Program-made: the position numbers and the translations under genes
In this document: positions 15,506-23,733 of the stretch, piece by piece
Layout: each line of letters begins with the position of its first letter
Position numbering within the stretch: the stretch's first letter is position 1
Notes under the pieces: generated by a model
Told to the model about the DNA's origin: nothing
Database searches by the model: none
What the model saw: only the letters and a program-made list of their open reading frames with translations
Source of the DNA: PVC group bacterium
GTDB lineage: Bacteria; Auribacterota; Erginobacteria; Erginobacterales; Erginobacteraceae
Assembly (NCBI GenBank): GCA_043804695.1
Contig: JAZDIV010000062.1
Span: forward strand, 1 to 23,883
Reading direction: 5' to 3'
Length of the DNA: 23,883 bases

Positions 15506-17808
15506 CTCCGGCTCCTTTTCATCGCTTTGGTAAGCACCCTGCCTCCGAAATCACCCTTGTTCCCTTCCTTCTCCTCCATCGTACTCCCGTCTTCTTCTCC
15601 CTCCGCTTCCGGCTGGGGAGGTTCCGGCTCCTTAGCGCTCTTGTAAAGATACGACCGCACCTGGTCGTCCTCGACATAGCGGACGTCCTCGAGCGCGTCG
15701 GGAGGAGACTTCTCCAGCATGAGCTTCTCGTAAGGGGAGATCTCGAAGTCTTCCGTAACGATCCGGGCGGTGATGAAGATCAATATGTTTGTTTTTTCCA
15801 GCTTGGTATGTTCTTCCTTGAAGAAGTAACCCAGGATCGGGATATCTCCCAGGAGGGGGATCTTGTCCTCCTCATCAACAGAACGGCTATCGATCAAGCC
15901 TCCAATAACGATGGTATCTCCGTCCGGAACGGTCACATTGGAATCGGTACCCCTGGTGTTGATGACGGGATAGGCGGAATCTACGAACCCTTGACCGTAA
16001 ACAAATGCCGGGGCCCACCCGTCCTGGATGCTGACCTCGGGGTGGATGATCATATTGATTCCCAGCGTTCCGTCCCCCATTCTTCTTACCTGCGGTATTA
16101 CCGCGAGAAGGATGCCGATCTCCTTCCATTCCTCGAGCGAGGTCCCCCCCACCCCGTATTCGCCGACCTCCGTCTTGAGGATCGGGAATTCCTTGCCGAT
16201 GAATATCTTCGCCCGGTAGTTCTCATGGACGAGAATCCGGGGATTGGAGAGGAGGACGATATTCGAATCCGTCTTCATCGCGGAGAGCATCAGGTTGAAG
16301 TCGGCCGCGTTCAGTATCGCGCTGTAGGTCTCGCTGGCGGTTGAAAGCTTGGTCAGGGTATCGGAGATGCCGTAGAGATAATCATCGAAATTGCGCTTGG
16401 TCTCGGAATCTTCGATCCGGGTGTAGAATTCATCGGCCCAGCCGGATGTCCGGACGTCGTTGCCGACATTCGCCCGCCAGGCGACGTTCTGCTGGAAGGG
16501 GCCGCCGGTTTCACTGTCTGGTATGGTGTAATCATACAGGTCGGGGATCTTGATCGATCCCCCCCCGCTTGTGGGATAGCCGCTCCCGGAGTAACTCATC
16601 CGGCCGGACGTATCACCATCTTTCGCCTCTCCCCGGTCATATTCCTTGGTATCCTCGCCCTCCACCCAGGTTCTTTCCTTCTCGTATCCACTCCCCCAGT
16701 CATGGGTGTCTTTATCGGTAGAGTCCGATGTCCGCCGATAGCTCTTCCCCAGTATCGCCTGCATGTCATTTGCGCCGACGTTCCACTGGTTAAGCGCCTC
16801 CGTCCAGTTGATCCCGAGGCGGAACTCATGTTTGACCGGGACCTCCAGAATCTTGGCGTCGATCAGGATCTGACAGGGTTTCTTGTCGATCTCCTTGATT
16901 ACGGGGTCGAGCCGGTTGAGAACGGTGGCAATGTCCTGAATAATTAATGTCTTGGAGCGGCTAAATTCCTCTGCTTCCTCTCCCTGCATGGCAGCGATTT
17001 TGTCGGCCAGGCTCCATTTAAACCCCTTGAATTGCTGGGTTTTTAACACCATAACCTTCCCACGGGGTGAAAGCAGTGTCTGGATCGCCTCTTTGGCGTC
17101 GGTGGCATCGATATGCTGCAATTCGAAGACTTTTACCACCAGCGGCTCCGCCTGCTCCTCGGCCTGCCGCTTCTTCGCTTCCTCCATCGCCTTCTGGGCG
17201 CCGGCGGCCTCCCGGGCGGCGTCGGCCGTCGTCTCCGCCTGGATCTTCTCCAGCGAGGTCACCCGGAGGATATTCCCGCTTATCCGGTACCCCAATTCCA
17301 GATCCACCAGTATCGTCTGGAGCGCGTCGATGATCTTCACATCGGTAAAATCAACCGTGACCTTCCCCTGCACTTCCGGGGCCAGGGTCACGTTGAAGCC
17401 GTAGGCTTTGGCCAGGCTCCTCAGGACCACCCGGATGTCCTCATCAACGAATTTCAGGCTCCCCCGCTTCTCTAACTGCTCTTGCAGCGATAAACCGGCC
17501 GCGGCGGTCGGGGGAGCGATCGGCAGCTCTTCTTTCAGCGGGACGGGAGCTTCCACCGCGGGCGGTTCCGGGGTGATTTCTCCTTCGGGAGAGCCGGGGA
17601 TGAGATCGGCCGGAGGGAGATCGAGCCCGGCGGCCGGAGACTCCCCGGCCGGGGCCCCGTTCTCCCGCATCTCTTTTTTGATCTCCTCCATGGCCAGGAT
17701 CAACTCGTTGTCCATCGTCGCGGCGCCGTAAAGGAACGGGGGCGGAACCAGCATCATCGCCATCGAGAAGACCACCAGCAATATCGGCAGATCGGTTATC
17801 TTTTTCAT
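15502..17808 (-). CDS. pilQ: Outer-membrane secretin (PilQ/GspD family)
   Basis: Signal peptide, N0 (SLKFVDEDIRVVL...GKVTVDF), N3 (KVFELQHIDA), QILIDAKILEV, LSNPRI, GDTIVIGGLI, KIPLLGDIPILGYFF. Confidence 0.9.
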   Translation of the reverse strand: MKKITDLPILLVVFSMAMMLVPPPFLYGAATMDNELILAMEEIKKEMRENGAPAGESPAAGLDLPPADLIPGSPEGEITPEPPAVEAPVPLKEELPIAPPTAAAGLSLQEQLEKRGSLKFVDEDIRVVLRSLAKAYGFNVTLAPEVQGKVTVDFTDVKIIDALQTILVDLELGYRISGNILRVTSLEKIQAETTADAAREAAGAQKAMEEAKKRQAEEQAEPLVVKVFELQHIDATDAKEAIQTLLSPRGKVMVLKTQQFKGFKWSLADKIAAMQGEEAEEFSRSKTLIIQDIATVLNRLDPVIKEIDKKPCQILIDAKILEVPVKHEFRLGINWTEALNQWNVGANDMQAILGKSYRRTSDSTDKDTHDWGSGYEKERTWVEGEDTKEYDRGEAKDGDTSGRMSYSGSGYPTSGGGSIKIPDLYDYTIPDSETGGPFQQNVAWRANVGNDVRTSGWADEFYTRIEDSETKRNFDDYLYGISDTLTKLSTASETYSAILNAADFNLMLSAMKTDSNIVLLSNPRILVHENYRAKIFIGKEFPILKTEVGEYGVGGTSLEEWKEIGILLAVIPQVRRMGDGTLGINMIIHPEVSIQDGWAPAFVYGQGFVDSAYPVINTRGTDSNVTVPDGDTIVIGGLIDSRSVDEEDKIPLLGDIPILGYFFKEEHTKLEKTNILIFITARIVTEDFEISPYEKLMLEKSPPDALEDVRYVEDDQVRSYLYKSAKEPEPPQPEAEGEEDGSTMEEKEGNKGDFGGRVLTKAMKRSRR

Positions 17809-18284
17809 TTAAAATCCTCAGGCAGGGCGAGTATATAGGTTTGGCCGTCTTTTTCCAGCATAATCCGGTAAGTTTCCACATTTTTCAATAGATAACCTTC
17901 AAACTCCTCTCCCACCCCCACCGGCTCGCTGTTGATGATGGCGGCCCGGCCGGGGATGATCCCGGTCAGCTTGAAATCTTTCCAATCCTCCGGGCCCCGT
18001 TTGTTTTCCTTGACCGGCGGGGGGCGAAAGGGGTCCCTTTCCCAGGGCCCCTCGGCGATGGTCCGCTGTATCCCGAGCAGATTCTCGTCAAGAGGAGGAA
18101 GTTCACCGGGGGCCGATCCGGTAACATTCACTTTAACCGGAGCCTTAACCGGCGCCTCCTCCGTCGTTCCCCGGGGGGGCGCTTTCTTTTTTTTGGCGAC
18201 GGTGCTGAGGCTATTGTAAAGAATGAAACCCAGAACCGGGATCAGGATGCCAATAATGATGATCTCTTTCTTCTTCTTGTCCAC
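17805..18284 (-). CDS. PilP/GspC-like accessory protein
   Basis: N-terminal TM, WERDPF, FKLTGII, AAIIN...VGVGEEFEG; lies between pilO and secretin; GTG start at 18284 with GGAGG upstream preferred over track start 18368. Confidence 0.6.
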   Translation of the reverse strand: MDKKKKEIIIIGILIPVLGFILYNSLSTVAKKKKAPPRGTTEEAPVKAPVKVNVTGSAPGELPPLDENLLGIQRTIAEGPWERDPFRPPPVKENKRGPEDWKDFKLTGIIPGRAAIINSEPVGVGEEFEGYLLKNVETYRIMLEKDGQTYILALPEDFK

Positions 18285-18510
18285 TATTTTTTCCTCCGGA
18301 AAAAATAGATTATCGTTAATCAGAATGATGCTTGCACTTACATCGCCCAATAAAAAGTTATGCAACAATTCTGAGTTAATAAACCGGCGGCCAAACTGCC
18401 GGAAAAACTAAACCTTGGTCCCGGCTATTTTTTCCCTCCGGGAAAAAATAGATTTGAACTAATCCTATAACCGCGATCAATTTATGTTCGTTACAGCCAA
18501 CTGTTCTTAC

Positions 18511-18543
18511 CATAAACGAAGCAGTTTCACCGCTTCGTTTATG
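18511..18543 (-). terminator. Hairpin overlapping the pilO stop codon
   Basis: CATAAACGAAGC...GCTTCGTTTATG 12-bp arms; terminator function not established. Confidence 0.4.
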
Positions 18544-19099
18544 AGCCGTTGATCCGGCTCAGATATGTCGTCAGCTGCATCTCCACCCGGAGGTCGGAGC
18601 TGCCTTCTTTCCTGACCGCCGCGTTCTGGTCTTCGGTGATGGTCAGGCCGGTGATAAAGATAAACATCGGGGAAGTGGCAATGCTGTTCAGAAACTCCCC
18701 CAGCACTCGATAGGGGCAATACGCGATAATATCGATTTCATATACCCGCAAAGCGCTCAGTTCGTCTTCAACCTTTTTCTCGGCGGTGTCTCTCTTCGAG
18801 ATCTTTAGCTCCGCCTTCCGGGCGGCATCGGTAATCGTCTGGTAGACCAGCTCGATCGTTCGCGGGTACTGAACCTCCAGCCGCTCCAGCTTTTCGCGGG
18901 CGGCCGAGATCTCGGCCTGGACTCCGGGGAGGGCGGCCTGTTTCCCCTGGATTTCGGCGATCTGCCGGTCGAGCGCCTTCGCTTCCTCCTGCAGTCTCTC
19001 CAGCTTTCCCGAGACCGGGTCGTAGAAAGCAAACCGGAAGAGGACCAGGAGGAGGATAACCCCGAACAAAATGCTCAACACTTTCTGGGTGTAATTCAT
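18539..19099 (-). CDS. pilO: Type IV pilus PilO-like protein
   Basis: TM, coiled coil, then YRVLGEFLNSIATSPMFIFITGLTI ferredoxin-like pattern; ATG at 19099 preferred. Confidence 0.75.
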   Translation of the reverse strand: MNYTQKVLSILFGVILLLVLFRFAFYDPVSGKLERLQEEAKALDRQIAEIQGKQAALPGVQAEISAAREKLERLEVQYPRTIELVYQTITDAARKAELKISKRDTAEKKVEDELSALRVYEIDIIAYCPYRVLGEFLNSIATSPMFIFITGLTITEDQNAAVRKEGSSDLRVEMQLTTYLSRINGS

Positions 19100-19282
19100 T
19101 TTAAATTTGCTCGCTGGGCTCGCAAATTTATTGGACCATTGGATCAATCTTGCTCACAATAAAAAAAGATTGCTAACGTTTCTCGAATTAGTTTGTAGTC
19201 AACTATTCTTAACAAAACGGTAATCCCTTGTTGTCATCAAGCGCAGGCTGCGCATTTCGTTTTGGTTATTTTCCTTCGATAA

Positions 19283-19315
19283 TTTACTGACCGCAACTTC
19301 GTTGCGGTCAGTAAA
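19283..19315 (-). terminator. 15-bp perfect hairpin overlapping the pilMN stop codon
   Basis: TTTACTGACCGCAAC-GAA-GTTGCGGTCAGTAAA on the minus strand. Confidence 0.45.
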
Positions 19316-21179
19316 CTAAAGTACAGCTGAAACTGAACGTCCCCCGCTCGATATCCTCGGAGATCTTCTGCACCTCCTTGAAAAAAATTGAGTTCTCCAC
19401 CTGGACGATAAACTGGGTCACCCCCGAATGGAGGGACGACTCCGGGTCAAGCACCCGGCCGCTGCAAAGAATGCGCTGCGGTACCGCGTCCTTCACGGTC
19501 ATAATCCCGGAGATGACCATGGAGGGGGGCGTGATCCGGCTGAACTCCTTCAGGATGCCTCTCCAGTTCGGCTGGCGAAGGGAGGAGGAGAGGCCGACCT
19601 GCTCCCGGGCGTTCAGCTGCTTCTGCAAGCCGGCCAGGACGTTGTAGGGGGCCAGGTCTTCTTTCATCCCGTTCAGCTGCTTCTGTTTCAGCGCGACGAC
19701 CTGCTCCTGCCGGGGGATCAGGGCGGTTTTGGAGCGATAAAAAATATAACTGGTCACGAAAAGGGCGGCGACCGGGATGATGATCAGGATCTTCCGGCGG
19801 AGAATCTTCTGGAGGATCTTGTCCAGGGGCGGGATGAAATTTATCTCCCACCTCCGGCTCGCGGAGAGCGCGGCCGCCCGGGCCAAACGCGGGAAAAGAT
19901 CGCGGATCTCCTGCTCGGAAGCGATCGAGCCGTGAAGCCTGATCCGTTCCCGCAGCCCCAGCACTTCCACCGGCGGGCGGAGGCGCTCCTGGAAGAACCG
20001 CGCGAAGCCGGGCATCAGCGCCCCGCCGCCGCAGAGGAAAATCCGCCCTACCTCTTCTTTCCGGTATAACTGATGGTAATAATCGAGCGACCGCTTGCTC
20101 TCCTGGACGATCTTTTCCACCACCGGCCGGACCATCCCCCCGACCTGCAGGATCGTCAGGTTGTCTTTCAGGGACTGGGCGCCGGCGGCCTGAAAGAGGT
20201 CCCTGGTCTTCTTGATCTCTTCCGCTTCCTCCCAGGAAAGGTTGTTTATGGTTCTGAAGGTCTTGCCGGCCTGGATGACAGCCTCCGTGATCTGCCTTCC
20301 CCCCGTATCGAACTCCCGGCTGAAATAAAGCTGGGATCCCTTATAGATGGAGACGAGGGTGTAGGATGAGCCAACATCGACAATCGCCGCGGCAGCCGTT
20401 TCATCGCATTCGAGGGCGGAGCGCAGGAAATCTTTCCAGGCAAAAGGGAGAGGAAGAAGGGCGGCGATTTGCAGGCCGGCCTGCTGCAAAACGCTGAGGA
20501 CGCGGCTGACGGTCTCCCGGGTGGCCGCGGTGACGATATAATTCAGCTTCCCCCCCGGTCGGTCAGTCTCTTTTTCCACGGCCGACTGCTGAATCAGCGC
20601 CCGGTCGATTGTGAAGGTCACCCGCCTTCCCGTTTCCAGGCGGCAGGCGCTCTCCAGTTCCGACTTCGGCATCCGGGCCAGCTGGATCAAGCCGGTGCTC
20701 ACCTGATCGCCCCGGAGCGAACAGATCACCCCGTTCCGGGAGGCTCCGGTTTCGGCGAAAAGTTCTTTCAGCCGCCGGGCGAAGAATTCATTCTCAAAGA
20801 GATTCTTCCCGCCCGCTCCCGCCTGGAACTCCTGGACGGCGTAACCGCCCACCTCCCATCCTCCCACAACCGGGTAGAGCTGAACCATCTTGATCGAGGA
20901 GGAGCCGACATCCAGGCCGATAAAAGCGTTCCGGCGGTTCGGGAAATCCCCTCCCGAGATCAGGCGGGCGACATTCGGCGCAAGGGGGGAGATGGGAGGA
21001 GGCGGTTTATCACTCTGATCGCCGGCGGCGGACCGGGGGAGCGGCTCTTCAGCCGGCGGGGAAACCGGTTCCCGGCCGGCGGCCGGCTGATCCTCCCGCC
21101 CGTTGTCGATATCCTCCAATCCGGCAAAGATGGAAGAGATGTCTTTCTGCAGCCCCGATTTTTTCTTTTCTTCAGCCAT
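19308..21179 (-). CDS. pilM: PilM-PilN fusion with N-terminal extension
   Basis: IGLDVGSSSIKMV, VDVGSS, EAEEIK, RSLDYY, LCGGGA actin-fold motifs; then INFIP (PilN INLLP-like), TM, coiled coil and WRGILKEFSRITP PilN domain. Confidence 0.85.
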   Translation of the reverse strand: MAEEKKKSGLQKDISSIFAGLEDIDNGREDQPAAGREPVSPPAEEPLPRSAAGDQSDKPPPPISPLAPNVARLISGGDFPNRRNAFIGLDVGSSSIKMVQLYPVVGGWEVGGYAVQEFQAGAGGKNLFENEFFARRLKELFAETGASRNGVICSLRGDQVSTGLIQLARMPKSELESACRLETGRRVTFTIDRALIQQSAVEKETDRPGGKLNYIVTAATRETVSRVLSVLQQAGLQIAALLPLPFAWKDFLRSALECDETAAAAIVDVGSSYTLVSIYKGSQLYFSREFDTGGRQITEAVIQAGKTFRTINNLSWEEAEEIKKTRDLFQAAGAQSLKDNLTILQVGGMVRPVVEKIVQESKRSLDYYHQLYRKEEVGRIFLCGGGALMPGFARFFQERLRPPVEVLGLRERIRLHGSIASEQEIRDLFPRLARAAALSASRRWEINFIPPLDKILQKILRRKILIIIPVAALFVTSYIFYRSKTALIPRQEQVVALKQKQLNGMKEDLAPYNVLAGLQKQLNAREQVGLSSSLRQPNWRGILKEFSRITPPSMVISGIMTVKDAVPQRILCSGRVLDPESSLHSGVTQFIVQVENSIFFKEVQKISEDIERGTFSFSCTLVY

Positions 21180-21390
21180 TATTCAAACCGCCCGCCCGGA
21201 TATAAATTAGCGCCTGCGGCGCTACTTGGTTACGGTTACGGTGACGAGGCCCGTTTCGTCTGCCGGTTACGGTTACGTGCGCCCAGCGAGGCGGCCGTTA
21301 CCATTACCCTCACCGATACGGGCATCGTTACCGTTGCCGTTACCATTTTTAAAATTCCCAAGCAGGAACTTAGCGCTTCGCGCTAACTTC

Positions 21391-21614
21391 GTAGCGGCGA
21401 CCTTCAGGTCGCCACTATCTGGCAGCCTAAAGAGGCTGTCCGACAATTCAGATTTTAGGCATTTTAGAGGTCATTGCGAGGAGCGAAGCGACGAAGCAAT
21501 CTCATCATTTTGGATAAGAGGTGGTTATGAATGAAAAAATAGATTGCTTCGCCCCTCCGGGGCTCGCGATGACATTTCAGGGGTTGTCGGACAGCCTCTA
21601 AAGGCTGCCGCTAC
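21391..21614. repeat. Inverted GTAG REP doublet (third REP family), second copy split by a MITE
   Basis: GTAGCGGCGACCTTCAGGTCGCC at 21391-21413; GGCAGCC-TAAA-GGCTGCCGCTAC split between 21421-21431 and 21599-21614. Confidence 0.85.
21432..21598. mobile_element. 167-bp MITE with 15-bp TIRs and TAAA target duplication
   Basis: GAGGCTGTCCGACAA (21432-21446) / TTGTCGGACAGCCTC (21584-21598); TAAA at 21428-21431 and 21599-21602. Confidence 0.88.
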
Positions 21615-22442
21615 GACATTTATTGAAATTCCGGAATCTGATTTTAATAATGTCGGCGCGCCCTCGGCGTCTTCCGGGTGCCGGCCGGCTATCATCTCCC
21701 GGATTTCATCGGCCAGGTTTTTGTAATCTTTCGCCCCCCGGGAACCGGGGGCGTAGATATGGATCGGCTCATTGGCGCTGGGGGCTTCCGCCAGCTTGGA
21801 GTTCACCCGGATCACCGTCTTGAAGACCCGGGAGCCGAAATAATCTCTCACCCCCTGAAGGACATCCCGGCAGATGGCGGTCCGTCCATCGGAGAAAGTC
21901 GGCAGGATCCCCAGGATCGCCAGGCGAAAATTAAGACGGCTCTTTACGATGTTGATGGTCTGAAAGAGCAGCTTCATCCCTTCCAGGGCATAATAATGGG
22001 CCTGGATCGGGATCAGAACCTCGTCCGCCGCCGCCAGGGCGTTGACGGTCAGGAGGCTTAACGAAGGCGCGCAGTCGATTATTATATACCGATACCTCTC
22101 GATGATGGAAGCGATTTTGTTCTTCAAGACAATCTCTCTCCCCAGCATATTCGCCAGGTCGAGGTCAGCGCCGGAGAGGAGGATGGTGGCGGGAATGATT
22201 TCGAGATCGAAGACTCCGGTCGGGTAGACCGCCCCGGCGGCCTCGAACTTGTCGTCAATCAAAACCCGGTGGATAGTCCTTTCCGGGTCGGCCTCGATGC
22301 CGAGGCCCAGGGTGGCGTTGGACTGGGGGTCGAGATCGATCAGCAGGGTTCTGGCCCGGCCCGCGGCCAGGCAGGCGCTCAGGTTGACGGCCGTGGTGGT
22401 CTTGCCGCACCCGCCTTTTTGATTGACGATGGCAATGATCAT
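21525..22442 (-). CDS. parA: ParA/Soj family ATPase
   Basis: NQKGGCGKTTT deviant Walker A, IDLDPQSNAT, IIDCAPSL, LAEAPS; stop codon lies inside the MITE. Confidence 0.92.
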   Translation of the reverse strand: MIIAIVNQKGGCGKTTTAVNLSACLAAGRARTLLIDLDPQSNATLGLGIEADPERTIHRVLIDDKFEAAGAVYPTGVFDLEIIPATILLSGADLDLANMLGREIVLKNKIASIIERYRYIIIDCAPSLSLLTVNALAAADEVLIPIQAHYYALEGMKLLFQTINIVKSRLNFRLAILGILPTFSDGRTAICRDVLQGVRDYFGSRVFKTVIRVNSKLAEAPSANEPIHIYAPGSRGAKDYKNLADEIREMIAGRHPEDAEGAPTLLKSDSGISINVVAAAFRGCPTTPEMSSRAPEGRSNLFFHS

Positions 22443-22471
22443 TTTAAAATTTTTCTTCGAAAAATTTTAGT

Positions 22472-22500
22472 GGACCACCGACTGATTCAGTCGGTGGTCC
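22472..22500. repeat. Perfect palindrome with 14-bp arms upstream of parA
   Basis: GGACCACCGACTGA-T-TCAGTCGGTGGTCC. Confidence 0.8.
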
Positions 22501-22630
22501 GCTGGTTAAGCTAAACTAAATTGCACATCAATAATGATCAATTACCGCTACGTCGTGATATGTTGGACTCAAACTGATTCTCTAACCTTCATCAATCTGT
22601 CTTTATGACAAACAAAATAATACTATAACA

Positions 22631-22664
22631 ATAAATTTGCCCCGTTTTTGCGGGGCAAATTTAT
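22631..22664 (-). terminator. Probable intrinsic terminator after pilT
   Basis: ATAAATTTGCCCCG / CGGGGCAAATTTAT 14-bp arms immediately after the stop; T-rich tail on the minus strand. Confidence 0.6.
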
Positions 22665-22665
22665 A

Positions 22666-23733
22666 TTAGTCTTCCATCAGGTTATCCGGGATGTCCTTGA
22701 AACTGTCCGCGTTCTTGACGTAGATGAGGGCGTCGGCGTAGCGGACCTTTCCGCTCAGGACCAGCTCCTTCAATGACTGGTCCATGCTCTGCATCCCGTA
22801 CTGGGCGCCGGTCTGGATCTGGGTGGGGATCTGATGAGTCTTGTGCTCGCGAATCACGTTCCTGACCCCGGCGGTCCCGATCATGACCTCGGTCGCCACC
22901 ACCCGGCCCTTTTCATCCTTCAGGGGAAGAAGAATCTGGGCCATGACCCCCTGGAGGCACCCGGCCAGCTGGACCATAACCTGCTTCTGCTGCCCGGGGG
23001 GGAAGACGTCGATCAGGCGGTCGATCGTCTGGGCGGCGTCCGGGGTGTGGAGGCTTGAAATAACCAGGTGGCCGGTCTCCGCCGCGGTCAGGGTGGTGGA
23101 GATGGTCTCCAGGTCCCGCATCTCCCCGACCAGGAGGACGTCCGGGTCCTGGCGGAGGACGTGCTTGAGGGCGGAGGCAAAGGAATGAGTGTCGGAGCCG
23201 ACTTCCCGCTGCTTGATGATGCTCTCCTTGTTGACGTGGAGGTACTCGATCGGGTCTTCCGTGCTGATAATCAGGCAGCGACGCTCCCGGTTGATCAGAT
23301 CGACCATCGCCGCCATGGTGGTGCTCTTCCCGGTCCCGGTCGGGCCGGTGATCAGGACCAGCCCGTTCGGCTTGCGGGCCAGCGTCCAGGCCGCCTGGGG
23401 CAGTCCCAGGGTGTCGATATGGGGCACCTCCATCGGGATGACGCGGAAGGCCGCCTCCACGCACCCTTTCTGCATGTGAACGTTGACCCGGAACCGGCTG
23501 ATCCCGGGGATATAGAGGGAGATGTCCAGCTCGAGGTCTTTTTCGAAGCGCACCTTCTGGCTGTCATTCAGGATCCCGTAGATGAGGGACTTGGTGCCAT
23601 CCGCGGAAAGGGTGGGGAAATCGGTGTGGATCAGGTCCCCGTCGATCCGGATAATGGGCGGTTCGCCGGTGGTGATGTGCAGGTCGGAGGCTTTCTTGTT
23701 GACAACGAGTTCTAAGATTTCCTTCAAGTGCAT
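22666..23733 (-). CDS. pilT: Type IV pilus retraction ATPase PilT
   Basis: ASDLHI, GPTGTGKSTT, EDPIEY, QREVG, LRQDPDVLLVGEMRDLET, AAETGHLV, GMQSMDQ. Confidence 0.95.
   Translation of the reverse strand: MHLKEILELVVNKKASDLHITTGEPPIIRIDGDLIHTDFPTLSADGTKSLIYGILNDSQKVRFEKDLELDISLYIPGISRFRVNVHMQKGCVEAAFRVIPMEVPHIDTLGLPQAAWTLARKPNGLVLITGPTGTGKSTTMAAMVDLINRERRCLIISTEDPIEYLHVNKESIIKQREVGSDTHSFASALKHVLRQDPDVLLVGEMRDLETISTTLTAAETGHLVISSLHTPDAAQTIDRLIDVFPPGQQKQVMVQLAGCLQGVMAQILLPLKDEKGRVVATEVMIGTAGVRNVIREHKTHQIPTQIQTGAQYGMQSMDQSLKELVLSGKVRYADALIYVKNADSFKDIPDNLMED

Noticed and set aside
21525..22500. Chromosome partition locus with the 22472-22500 palindrome as parS
   Set aside because: No parB adjacent and the palindrome does not match the TGTTTCACGTGAAACA parS consensus
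2395..23715. Numerous plus-strand and alternate-frame ORFs such as 2432-3088, 8792-9574, 20469-21386, 23068-23715
   Set aside because: Shadow ORFs of GC-rich minus-strand genes with no recognisable motifs
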